A stretch of DNA of 64,000 nucleotides from Antedon mediterranea (lineage: Eukaryota; Animalia; Echinodermata). A model generated the notes under the pieces. That model had not been told where the DNA came from. It was given only the letters and a program-made list of their open reading frames with translations, and did not search any database. Below, piece by piece: positions 37,810 through 50,758 of the stretch. Location: the NCBI RefSeq assembly GCF_964355755.1, contig NC_092671.1, positions 17,918,001 through 17,982,000 of the forward strand. Direction: 5' to 3'. A program made the position numbers and the translations under genes. Every line of letters begins with the position of its first letter. Positions within the stretch are counted from its first letter, which is position 1.

Positions 37810-37965
37810 TATAAAACAAATAATGATTGGTACAAATAATGTCATTTGGTGAATGATGAAAGGTTAAATATCAACTCGGCTTTACCTCTTTGATATATAA
37901 CCTTTCATCATTCACCTCATGCCATTATTTGTACCATTACACTCATAAACATTCATTATTTGTAT
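37810..37965. mobile_element. Small palindromic MITE
   Basis: GGTGAATGATGAAAGGTTAAATATCAA...TTGATATATAACCTTTCATCATTCACC hairpin with outer TGGTACAAATAATG/CATTATTTGTACCA arms. Confidence 0.6.
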
Positions 37966-37971
37966 AATATA

Positions 37972-38077
<106 letters not shown>

Positions 38078-38924
38078 TTTTCAAATACCAATAGAAGTGA
38101 GGAATGTGAATACAGTGTGTAGTATAGGAAAATCAGAATATATCCTAATACAATACCCAGATATGGTCTTTGTTAAGTATGAATGGCATATTTCCACCGT
38201 CCTATATATTTTTTTATATATAAAAAATGTAATATTACTGTATGTAAAAAATATTATTGTATAATATATCAAACGTATTTATTATACACCCTCCATGCTA
38301 ACTGTTTGATTAGAATTTGTAGGTTATAGGGATAATGAATGTATTGGAATGAAAACTTTAATGATGATTATTAATTTAATATAATATATACTACATGCAA
38401 TTACTTTCAACCCTGCGGATAATAATATAAGGCCTATTATAATTATTTATTGCACCAAAACATAGAACAAAATGAATTCATACTTCACCTCGCATTATCC
38501 ATACTATATCTTTGTTTAATTTATAACTAATTAATGCAAAATTAGTTGCTAATATTTTCCATTGTTTACCAACAGGGTTAAACGCCTAAAAGAATTGCAA
38601 AAACCAGATTTAAATATAAATCTACTACACCCAGGGATTGTTAAACAAAGCAACCAATGATCACTCCATTTTAAATACATCTATTAATCATGGCTTAATA
38701 AATAGATATCTATTAGGCCTATTACTGGTTTAATTTAATTATTATTAATTAGTATAGGACTTATATCTAACAAAAAATAAACTGACTGACTAACAATTGT
38801 TGTCTCTTAAATTCTGTCCAATTTATCAACACATTATGAAGATTAATAAGTTGAAAATATACGTTCGGACTTAAACATTCCGAAAAAGTTCCGATGGTGT
38901 TACATAATAACGCCATTAATAAGT

Positions 38925-39200
38925 TTGCTCAACTTATAAACGTACGTGTTCAATACATTCTATCTGAAAGTCTGCTAAACTTATAAATGTGCGTGTTCAA
39001 TACTTTCTATCTGACAAAGTCTGCTCAACTTATAAACGTGCGTGTTCAATACGTTCTATCTGAAAGTCTGCTCAACTTATAAATGTGCGTGTTCAATACG
39101 TTCTATCTGAAAGTCTGCTCAACTTATAAACGTTCGTGTTCAATAATTTCTATCTGACAAAGTCGGCTCAACTTATAAACGTGCGTGTTCAATACGTTCT
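38925..39200. repeat. ~48-bp minisatellite, 5-6 copies
   Basis: TGCTCAACTTATAAACGTGCGTGTTCAATACGTTCTATCTGAAAGTC repeated in tandem. Confidence 0.92.
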
Positions 39201-39614
39201 GTTTTCATTAAATTGTTATTTTAATCAATTTGAACAGATGGTTCTCTGTTTATGTTTCATATCAAAATTCATATTTATTTGCATATTTATGACATCGATA
39301 ATTTATTAATGATTATGCAAGCAAAATGTCATATCTGTTACTTTTTTGTCGTCTGTTGCTGTCAAAATGAAGAACCTTTTATAGGCCCACTTGTCCAGCA
39401 CTATGCATTGTATATAATGCTAATTTAAAATTATCTTCATTGCACATAAGCATCTATTAGGATTGTCGTACATTTATTTAACTTTTCTTGCAATGACTGA
39501 TATACATTTCCTTTTGTAATTATCAACACCCAGCAGATCAATGTTAAATGGTTGAATAAGTGTTTTTAAACTGAATGGATGTTGTTATTCGCCTCGCTAC
39601 ATCCTTACCATAAT

Positions 39615-39735
39615 CTTACCTTACTTAAACTCTTCGGGCCTCGTGGCCCATAAGGCCACAGTGGCAATTTTCCAGTTGGTTCTATCGGCGATTTGTTTTG
39701 CTTCGTTTAATTCCATATTCTCCATCCAAGGTATT
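39615..39735 (-). mobile_element. 3' end fragment of an RTE-like LINE
   Basis: The minus strand reads ..WMENMELNEAKQIADRTNWK.., resembling the RTE ORF C-terminus (A.DR..W), followed by a short tandem tail. Confidence 0.45.
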
Positions 39736-39805
39736 CTCTCCTACTTATTCTTAACATAATCACTTTATCGTAATTTCTAAAAACGATGGAGCATCCGTAG
39801 CTGCT

Positions 39806-42800
39806 TTATTCAAGTAAATTATACCACTGTGCAAATGGTCGACGTGGATATCTCATTACCTCGCTCCAATGTTCATACGAAAGAGCGGAACACTTTCGAC
39901 CAATCATAACTCGTCCTAGTTCATCAGACGTAACATCGTCTGAATTCTCATCGACCGCACGTTTACTATTAGTCACTACGACAAGAAATTTCACTTTATC
40001 TAATTTATCTGGTGGAACTTCAAAATACATAAGTTCATCAAACTCTGGATTTAAATCGTTTTCTCTAATTTGAGTTCTTCTTCGTTTTAATTTTCGACTT
40101 CCAAGAATTAAAGTTACTCGAACACATGTGTCTGTAAATGAATACAAATGGTTAACGACTTAAGATAAAAATTATTTCATATTATGATATTGATAAACTG
40201 ATTCGAAATTCTCATAAAAACCATACAAAAATACGAAAAAAAGACAACATCAATAACAGAGAAAATCAGGATAACCCCTTAAACTATAACGTTTTTTTCA
40301 AAGGTATCATTTATCGGTAAAGAAAAGTTTTTATGGGAAATTAAGAAATTCTTAAATTATTTGTTTATTTAGACATTTTTAAAATTTAATTTAAGAGAGT
40401 CAAACTGTTGTGTTTAGTGGAATAAATTATGAAATTAAAAATGTTAAATTTATTACTAAAATTGAATGTAGAAAACATGCAAACTATTACCAAAAGAACA
40501 AAACATTAACTGGGGGTACAGATATTATGTGTGGTATTTAATTTACCGTATACGTGGTTGAGCACACAGTATAAAGTAAAGGATGATTTTGGATATGCTT
40601 CGACGGCAGCAATATGTAGATGATTTTCAAGATTTAATTTCTTTTTCTTAAATTCCAGTAATGGTAAGTGTATTCAAATGAAATGAATAGGCCCTATACA
40701 TGTTTAGGCCTGATAAACGGCAGCAAATAATTAGTTACCCATTGAAACAGTCATTCCGTAGGATATATTAATGAACATACATACCACATTGTAGAGTGGA
40801 TAATGGTTGTAGATTTGTAGCTCTTAAAATACCGACGATAAGACGGTTTGATGTTACTAGATAACATAAGGATATACACATTTCTCCGAAGTAGCTCTAA
40901 AAATAGATTAAAAAATAGAACGAGTATTAATAAGCATTTTTAATGAAATAACGTTCAGCATGTATGTTGTTTTAATTGTCACCGAGAACATTTGTTAATC
41001 ATTTCATCAATTTCCCCCACTGTATTACACATACCTTTACCGAGGGTTTAAGCTGCAAAATGTTTCTATACGACGCAGTAAAGTCAATTTCTTCCAAATT
41101 TAATTCGATTTCTCCCACGACAGTTGGTTTGGTGAATTTGTCATGTTCGCAAACATAACATTTGAGACGATACAACTGTATTTCCATTGGGTGAATGGAT
41201 GCATCAAAACTCTCCTCAAAGACTGGCTGTAACGTTCTGTGTTTTATTGTTGTTTGAAATGAAAACGACGGCAGATTCCCTGAAATAAACAGAACGTGTT
41301 ACTTCAATGACATTTAGTTTTCTATTTTAAGAATATTTGAAGGCATACGTTCGTACGACTATCAATTCGTACGGTAAATAACTGTTAATTCTAAAAATGA
41401 AATTGTATTTTCTGTACAACTGTTATTTTTATATGAGCAAGAAATAAAAACAAACAAACAAACAACAAAATAATAATAGCAAAACATAATAACAATAATA
41501 GATGCGTCTACTACAACCTTGGTGCCGAAACAAATACCAGTACACTAAAAGTAATCATAGAGTTATAAGTTATTATACAGTTTATACATAGTTATCTCAT
41601 TGGAAAGAGGAGAAGTTTGGATATGGGTTCTAAAAGGCTAAGCCTGGTTTTATTGTATTCCCGGTACGTGAGGATCTTCAAATTTTGTAGGCCTAATACT
41701 GGATCTCGTTAAAGTTATTCTAACCTGAAATTTTCTGCAAGGTGAACTTAACAAATGGATCTGTGCTCCCTCCATAATTCTTCATTGGCAGGTCGTATAC
41801 TTGATGTATTGTGATGATCAGTCCTGTGTTTTCTTGGTAACCCAATGATATCTCTAATTTACCTAATTCGGTATCCTCTGGTGATCCATTTTGAGGAGGC
41901 AGGAATTGCATTTCTTCAAGTTGTTCTGAAAGGATGGACTCCTTTGAGTCGTACATGGTAGAATTTGCTCGACGTTCTTGGGTTTCAGAGAGAGTCAACT
42001 GAAATAATTAAAAATGTGTCATTTATTTACAAGGTTGTGATGTGTAACACTCATAGGTTGGAATATGCACTGTAATACATATTTGGTCACTTATGGACAT
42101 TCTTTATTCTTTATTTTAGCAAATGTACTCTCCATGATATTTTTTCTTCTCCACTCAAATTGTCCATCCCGTCTGGAAATATATCCAAAGTATTGCAATC
42201 CATGTGAGCAGTATGCTTTAAAACTTACTGGTCGACTAAACCAATAACGCAAACAGTACTTTCTTCAAAACTAGTTGTAGTCACTGTGTTGTGGACTGAA
42301 CCGTGAAAGATCATAGGTTTAATTTGGTCTACGATGGTTCGAATCCTATCGCCGCGCTCTTCCAGGCTGGATAGCGCACCTTATTTCGGATGAGACGTTA
42401 AGCCGTTGGTCCCGTATGCAGCATGGCTCATGTGCAAATTATAATAACAAAATCAGTAAACTTTTCGGAAAGTGTAGAGGATCGTTTCCCGGTGTAGGCC
42501 CACTGCTCAATTCATAACCAGAATGACCCCACCGGAAACAGGTCTACGGATTAGGGGAACCGATCCTTGGTGTGTAATAACAGAATAACAACAAAGATTA
42601 TAAATGAAATACTTACCGCCTGCCCAAACGAACCATATGCCTCTCCCCCATAATACTGATATGTTCGTTCGCTGTGTGCTCGACCTTTAACTTTTACATA
42701 ATTTGGATTCACAACATCTGCAAATTAAATATAATAATATAATAACAATATAAGGTAGCCATAATGTCGCTGACGCGCTGCTAGATTTCTGTCCGGTTGC

Positions 42801-43240
42801 GCCTCTTTGTAATTCGATTTTTTTTCTGACACTGTTGTTGTTGATTTGTTTGTTTAGTTGCTAGTTTATCTAATTTGGGTTGTTTCACTTCAGCATGAGT
42901 GAAAATGTCTATTGATTATTTGTATTGTTGCTTATAAATATCATAATTTGTGCTTTTTCAATTGATTTTCAAAATGTTCTATTTTGTTTTCGTTAGGCCT
43001 ATACTGGAACCGCATCGCATTAGTACCACCGATTCAAAGGTGATTGGTTAACGAATAAATTGTTTTGTTATTGATTTCATTATTTAATTATCCACATTTA
43101 CACTTACCTCTACGTTTGTATTTTCTGTATATACAACAAGATATACAGAAAAGTAACAGCAAGACAAGAATCAGGAGTATAGCCGATCCAACGATAAGGC
43201 CTATTTTAGCAGTATCCGACAATTCAGATATTTCAATCAT
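39806..43240 (-). CDS. Atypical synaptotagmin (N-terminal TM + C2A + C2B), probably Ca2+-independent
   Basis: Exons 43240-43108 (TM IGLIVGSAILLILVLLLLFCISCCIY, then a basic stretch), 42717-42617, 41998-41725, 41279-41035, 40896-40785 and 40131-39806 with consistent phases. C2 motifs LGKLEISLGY, DPFVK, GEMCISLCY and NPEFDE. C-terminal HWSEVMRYPRRPFAQWYNL. Confidence 0.87.
42272..42590 (+). mobile_element. tRNA-derived SINE with a Deu-like core domain
   Basis: B-box GGTTCGAATCC at ~42336. TCGGATGAGACGTTAAGCCGTTGGTCCCGT and ..TCCCGGTGT match my recollection of the Deu-domain consensus. AAC/AAT-rich tail. Confidence 0.65.
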
Positions 43241-43830
43241 GTTAAAGTCCTATATTTGAGAGATAACAATTACTGTTACTTAAAATAATAATAATATAGG
43301 GAGAATGTAAGCAATTATAATTCACAGCAAATAAACACTATAAATCCTACACAACGTTAATAATAATATTATTAAAAAAATTATTAAGTTAATAATAGAT
43401 TTAAAAAAACAGATGGTTGTAAGTACAGTCATAATTTTAAATTTGAGTGAATAAATAATACGGGATAACAATAACATCAGCAATAAAAGTGACAGGAATG
43501 GCGATTAATATAGGCCTAATTTGAAAAAAGAAAAAAAAATTAAAACAATTTAGTGAGCGACAGGGGGTGTTCTAGTATACATAATTTGATCAGCTTTTGT
43601 TACGGTATACCTAACCAATATATCGATTTGGTATAATTATGCTATTAAAAAAAATTATCAGAATGATAACTTGAAAATTGTGGATGATTACTTGCTAACA
43701 AATTTGAAACAAACATATGCAAAGCTTCTTGTAATTATTATAGGTTGATATGCAAGCATTTTCCAGGTAATAATTAATTACGATTATGGTGAGGATAATG
43801 TGATAATTATAACGTAATCTTTTAATTTTT

Positions 43831-44542
43831 AGTCGCGTGGAAGCGACTCTATAGTTCACTATGTCGGTCGGTCGGTCGGTCTGTCTGTCTGTCGGTCCGG
43901 TATCACTATGCGTTTTATCGCTTTCTGACCTTATCTTGATATCAGTTTAATCTAGTCAATTTTTCACAGTATATTCCTTATGGCCAGGAATCGATGTGGT
44001 TATGTTTTCACGATGCGCAATAAAAAATTACGCGGTCTACGCACGATTTAACGAAATCACGTTTGTAATCATATCTTCACAACCATGAATCACAATTAAA
44101 TAAAATTTGGTTCTCATAAATTTCAGGGCATAAATCATCATATGGCAATACAATTACGTGCGTAGCGCATGTAACGCATGCGTACGCGCGCTTAAAATTT
44201 TCAAAATTTATTTTCGATGAAATAAGAGTACGTTTCAGGCAATTTTAAGCGTTTACAAAATTGCCATGAGTGCGCAGATTTTTGCGCGCGCACTGCACGT
44301 TAAATATTATTGCGCACTCTTTTTGCCCGATTTCTGTTTTCTTGACTTACTTTTCAACTTGAAATTACGTTATACGAGCACGTCAAAAGTGACAGGCTAC
44401 GCACGTGTAAATTAAGAAAATATAACTGTTTTTAAACATTTCAACATTTTTAAACATGTTCAGTAATTTCGGTCAGTTGGTAGGTTGGTCGGTCGGTCGG
44501 TAAACACTAAGCACGCGACTGCAGCCATCTATATGGCCTTGT
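43831..44542 (+). mobile_element. Helentron-associated non-autonomous element (HINE/DINE-1-like)
   Basis: Inserted in a T-run. 5' AGTCGCGTG..GCGACT hairpin, (GGTC/GTCT)n microsatellite, 3' sub-TIR CACGCGACT, then a short GCCA..TGGC hairpin and TTGTTT. Confidence 0.7.
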
Positions 44543-44810
44543 TTTTAGTAAACTGCAACTGCAAACTATTTGAATATTTCCAGGTCCCTGTTAATTCTAC
44601 TAAGATATCACGTGATTTCTTTCGAATTTTAATTGGATAAGAGCAAATCAAATAGGTGTACAGTATTAGTATAGCAGCACAATTTTCAGGTGTGTGAACA
44701 GTAGTGTGATAACCAATCGGTTTAGGTTTATTAATATTTGTGTTTTAGAACCAGATGCTTATTGTAAGCCATATTCAGTTTCTATGAACAGTGCCTTAGG
44801 GGATCTATTA

Positions 44811-44972
44811 AGCTTGGTTTCCACTTGTACGCAACACAAGAATGTAAGTGCGTCGCAAGTAATTTGACCAATTATGACGCGATAATTCATCCCAATTGTC
44901 GTTTGTGATTGGTCAACTCAATTGCGTTGTGCTTACGTCGTTACGTTGCGTCGTCCAAATGGGAACCAAGCT
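44811..44972. mobile_element. Harbinger-type MITE
   Basis: AGCTTGGTTTCCA...TGGGAACCAAGCT TIRs with TTA TSD on both sides. Confidence 0.8.
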
Positions 44973-45256
44973 TTATTGTACAGAACACTTAATTGGGTTT
45001 GCGTTTGAAATAATGATGAGAATGTATGCAAGGTGTTAGTGTCGACCTTTTCCTACAACAGAAACAGTTTTATCTACAGAGCACCAACCTATGCTACCCT
45101 TCAAACTAACTATATATTTTTGTATAGTTTTTTTTATTTTTTTATTTATTTGTTTGTTTTATATGTTTATATGATTGTCAGCATATGCTGTTTACCCTCT
45201 TTATATAAGGTTTAATAAAAAATAAAAAAGTGGCGCGAAGAGATACGTAGGCCTTA

Positions 45257-45664
45257 TGCTTGGTTCCCAATAGGACGCAATTAAGGAGGTAAACACAACG
45301 TAATCGAGTTGACCAAATGACAAGCGACAGTTCGAATAATCCATCGCTTGTGATTGGTCAACTCACTTAGAGTTTTCTATGCAATTTATGCAAAAGATAG
45401 AATAATGGAATTGATTGGTGAAATTCTGAAAATATGCCTCCATCGTTATGTTTCGAAACAAACACCTGAGCTAAATTAAAGTGGGAAATGAAGGAGTTAG
45501 TATTAATTGTCATTAATTCGACCTACGGGATTTTTAATATTAATAGATGTGAGGTAATCACGATTATCCAATATTCCGTCTCTACACCATCAATCGCTTC
45601 GGGAATGTAACCGGTATGTCCATAATAAAAGTCATTGCGTTGCGTCTCTAGTGGGAACCAAGCA
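45257..45664. mobile_element. Harbinger-type MITE containing a captured ~264-bp copy of 46285-46548
   Basis: TGCTTGGTTCCCA...TGGGAACCAAGCA termini. The internal segment 45369-45632 is nearly identical to 46285-46548. Confidence 0.8.
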
Positions 45665-48600
45665 AAGTAACACATTTTAATAAGCGATTTTACCAGCCGA
45701 GTTTAATCCAGGGATATTTATATTCATTTATGTCACAATGATAATTAATATACTAATAGGCCTAATAGAAGTGCACTCAGCAATGGTAGGATTCTATTTC
45801 ATTAGGCGTGTCACAAAATACATTATAATGCTTCAACGGCGTCGAAATAGAATATTAGCCTCTATTATTAAACGCGTTGACGCGTCATCAAGGGTATCAT
45901 CAATCACGCGATATGTGTTCTTCAATTAATGTATATGTATGGGCCTAGTTTTAAACCGTATTCTTAATTAAAAGTATTCTATGGAGTTATTCCATTATAT
46001 TATTGTAAATAAAAAATCTGTCTTTGGAAGATACTTAGTATATTTGTGGTTTACGGGGCCACGTGTAATAAAGATAACTCTAACGTTATGCTTCACGTAT
46101 TATTGGAATTGAGCAGAGCTCAGTCTAATCTATTTTTGATAGGCCTAACCAATCCGATTCACTGTTTTTTATGTTTTAAGGAGCTGCAGACGCTTCCGAT
46201 CCATCACCTCTCGTAAAAAATAGATTCCGTAAGAGTTTTTTTTGTACTCCGTCTCTCTGTTTTGTTTAATTATATTGTAGTGTCAGAGTTTTCTATGCAA
46301 TTTATGCAAAAGATAGGATAATGGAATTGATTGGTGATATTCTGAAAATATGCCTCCATCGTTATGTTCCGAAACAAACACCTGAGCTAAATTGAAGTGG
46401 GAAATGAAGGAGTTGGTATTAATTGTCATTAATTCGGCCTACGGGATTATTATTATTAATAGATGTGAGGTAATCACGATTATCCAATATTCCGTCTCTG
46501 CACCATCAATCGCTTCGGGAATGTAACCGGTATGTCCATAATAAAAGTAAACACATTGGCTTTATGTTAAGTCCTTGTTCAAATAAAACTAAATCCTTGA
46601 ACGTGATGTTACATTTGATTGTATTTACTATCAGTTTTTATAATAAGTGTTGAATTTAAACGAGCTGTCAGATTTGTAAGTGTAAACTACACAAAACTAC
46701 GATAGGCTAATCCTTGAACGTGATGTTATATTCATTGTATAAGTGTAAACCCTATATTAACTGACTATACAGTACATAGCCCTACAATGATGGAGTCTTT
46801 AATATTTTATGAAAACACTAAATCAACATGGTTTTGTTATAGATTCTCTTGAGTTAGCCCTCAGACGGATTAAAATGTACATCAATAAAGTAAAAATATG
46901 TAAAATAAAAATACTTTCTTTTTAGAAAAATTGTTAAGCATCCGTTGTATAAAATTCAATCATGAACAAATCATGTAGCACAACTTTTAAAAAATCATTA
47001 TTCACGATGATCGTTCTGTTTTTAGAAACAGTGACCCGAGAGCTCCCTTGAAATAAAAATATTATACTGATTTTTTATTTGGCATAATGGCGTGATACGC
47101 GTACCCTGCACATTAACTCTTGGTGAATAGTAAAAGATTATACATCAGAAAAATGAATGAATAATTAATTAAATTTAATTAATTTTTAATTAAAGAACTT
47201 GAAGTGGATCATTGACCTGTCAGCCTGCAGCTTTTATAGTATTTTAAAGGTTTTCGATTATATTTAATGAGTTTAATTACAAGAATGATCTAGCAAATCC
47301 AAGTTTAATAAACCTACCTCCATTCCGTCTCCCATGATAGCATAGGCCGACTAATTGTTTTTACAGGGAGTTTGACTATCCAGGCCACCTCCTTCAAATC
47401 CTACCAGATTGTACATCATGTTCAAAGTCCTGGTATCAACTTATTACAATCGTTATGTTATCTCTGCGATCAATTAACGTCCCGATTCTAATTGATATAT
47501 TTACCGGCAGCAGTCACGAATGCATGATGCGAGATTAACATTGACTTATCGATAACAATTAATAGTTTGATGTTTTCATTTCACTTGTTAATATTCAATT
47601 GCTACTCGAAAGCAAGGCCCGATTGCCATATGTTCATATTGGTATAATAAATTGATTCGCTTCAATGCGTAATATCAATTATGGATTTGCATGGTGTCTG
47701 AGCATATTATTTTGACAGAGAATCTTCCCCATACAGTAAGTAACGCCATTATGCTAATTACCTCTGGTTAAACCTAAACAGAAATAGTACAATTTTTAGG
47801 CCCTCTTTTTTTTCCAGGGCCCTGCCTACCACACGATTCTCAGTGTTTTTACGGATTTCTACATAATGTGATAAATTCCGTATGGAAGGTTGTTGGTTAT
47901 GTTAGGTTCTATTATACCGTAAGATACAGACGTCACATGGGAAACACAAAATATGCTGTATCATGGAATATGCCTAATATGGGCATATTTAGATATAGTA
48001 CCGACATTCTATTGGTAGTGAAATAACAAATAAGGAGGAAACTGAGGCCAGTGCATCCATAATCACCTCTGATAGAATCTCAAATGTATAACTAATGGTG
48101 AGCCCAGAGCCTTTATCTGAATTGATATGAATGTATCTTTAGCATGGCAATGGTACGTGAATATCAACTTTTTGTAATGCTATTGTAAGACTTAAATAGG
48201 CTTAAATAAATCAGTGTATCCTGCATGAGATAATAAGGTAATTATTCTTTACACACAACGTTTAACCATCATTTGTATATCACCGTCTCATTCTCATTAA
48301 AAATGGAATTTGTAGTAAAATATGTAGTTGTAGAACCGGGATGTTGTGTATTAATGATTTTAATAGGGACCTATTATAGAAATGTGCAGTGGACGCGTTG
48401 GGCACAAGGTGTTTAAAGACATTATTGGCATTTTATTAAAGAGAAAAGAACATGCCAAACCAGTTTCATCCCCTCTTGCTTTCGCTAATGCCAACATATA
48501 GGCTACCTACATTTAATATAAGTTTGATCTCATAAAATAATAATATTACGTTGGAGGTCACCGTATATAAGTCCGGATTTGGGTGAGGTCCAATAGTTTA

Positions 48601-49073
48601 AAAATAATACCGGTATAATTTAGCTGTGTGAGTAACTGAACAGTATAAGCATTCACTGCTTTCTATTAATGATTATAATACTATTGAACTGCTAACATTA
48701 TTGGGAGATAGACCAAACACAACATACGACATTGTACTGTAAAATATAGCCTACGACACAATACATATAAAACAACACAAATACAAATGCCATCAATGAC
48801 TACTGTTAAATATCAAAGAAATAGTTAACCGAGAATCCCTTTTTTAACTGGAAGTTCCCTCGTTGTTGTCATAGTCTTTTGGTTTGTCTGTCACCAATAT
48901 TACAGTGTCATGTGTCCCCCAAGGTACAGAATGATGAGATGATATGGAGTTTTAATTCAGAATGAACAGATGAAAAGAGTAGTAGATGATAACTTACCTC
49001 TTACATGCATGGGAAACAGATGAATGAAACCATGTAATGATTAATGAGGAAAATACTAGATTCATTCGGCAAC

Positions 49074-49800
49074 TTATGATGAGGCAGACGGGGGCGTTGG
49101 TGGAGGTGTTGGAGGAGAGTTTGGAGATTCTGAAGATTCTGTTGATTCTTCTGCTTTCTTCGCCTTCTTTTCGCGCCAGGCTCGAATGCTAGCAGTAACA
49201 GTAACGATTAATAAAATAAGTAATGAAATGATCATGATGGTAATAGATGTAATGGATTTAGTTGTTAGTTTACCAGTTAGAATCCAATGATACACGTATC
49301 TATAACGTCCATATGCAGATAATTGTTAGTTCTAATTTCTTTCAACTTACAAATTTTCTATCGTCCTCCGGGGTAAACATTTGGTTGTAGAAAACACGGT
49401 TGATTTTCTGCACAAACTACAAGATAGCAACACTAACAGCACATACATAACTAAACTCAAACCAGTCCCGACCATATGTACCATGGTAATGTGGGCACAT
49501 TAAAGATTATAGGCTCTAGATCCACATATGGACGGAATCATATGATTCGCAACAGTCTTAAGATCTTCTTCAATGTCTTTGATTCTTAATATCCAAAACA
49601 CGGCAGACAGACCAGCGAAATCCAGACTAAGACCACGTTAAAGTGTTTAAGCAGCGTATCGGCCGATTAGGGATCCACCGAAATACCAGGGAGTTGTTAT
49701 GGAAATACAAAGCCAACTATTTTTTTACGATTAAACTGTTTGTTATTCACCATATAATAGCTACAGACAATTGCAGTATTGATAATAGATATTATCGCAC
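49074..49800 (-). pseudogene. Possible decayed membrane-protein coding sequence
   Basis: A hydrophobic TM-like segment is followed by a basic and Pro/Ser-rich tail (ORF 49074-49295). Upstream hydrophobic frames are broken by stops. No family recognised. Confidence 0.25.
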
Positions 49801-50758
49801 CATTTTCTTTAGTTGTGTTCAAGTGAAGCATAGTATGGGAAGCTAAATCTCATTTGCATAAGTTAACAACTTTGCGGGTATACTTGATTATTGGTGCTGG
49901 TTTTCAGCTCTGTGTATTTCATATCGACCTCGATACTAGTAATATAATATTAAATACTGGTCATAATTAACGTGGTGCCGCATTTGTTTGTCTTGAATGC
50001 TCGGTTACTGGTACTAACTGTTAAGTATATTGTTTTTTACAATTATATACCGGCATATAACGTATGGCAAGTCTAGTTATATAAAATCCAATGTCAAATA
50101 CAGTATCTGAATCGCATACAGTTTATGAAATAAATTAAGTATCCATTTCATTTTGTATAGGGCTGACACAAAAATCGTTATTATTGTTTTCAATCACATC
50201 CAACAAGACAAAATTCGAATATTTGGAAATAGAAAAAAAACACATTTTTAAACTAAAATTCAAATTCTTTTAACACTATACTTTTCAATAGTGTCCGACA
50301 GGGGTACAGAAGAAAAGTAGCAGTGTATTATGAGACCCATTATGTAGGCCACGAATGAGTGATTATTAAATTTAAATGCATTTTATTTAAACTATGAATA
50401 AAGATCCGAAAATAGAAATATTCGAATTCTAAACCATATTCAACACATTACTATTTAGTTGATTCAAACACCACTGCGCATGTCCTTTTCCTATTGCTTC
50501 AGGTAGGCCTACTGTATTTTTAAATTTTCAATTAACGCTTAGTAACCCGCATAGTCAACGTGCTGATTGTTGACATTATTTGATAACAATACAATTGTAA
50601 AACTGACCCTAATTAAAAACAAATTAAGAGGAAATATTGAGGGAATTGAAAATTATTGAACATTATTTACAATTATTACAGTGCGCTTAACTGAATATTA
50701 TACATTATGATGATTAGAATAAGTCTGTGAGTTATAGTAATCAATATAGGCCTAAACA

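Noticed and set aside
38925-39200. Repeat-spacer array
   Set aside because: A simple head-to-tail minisatellite without variable spacers.
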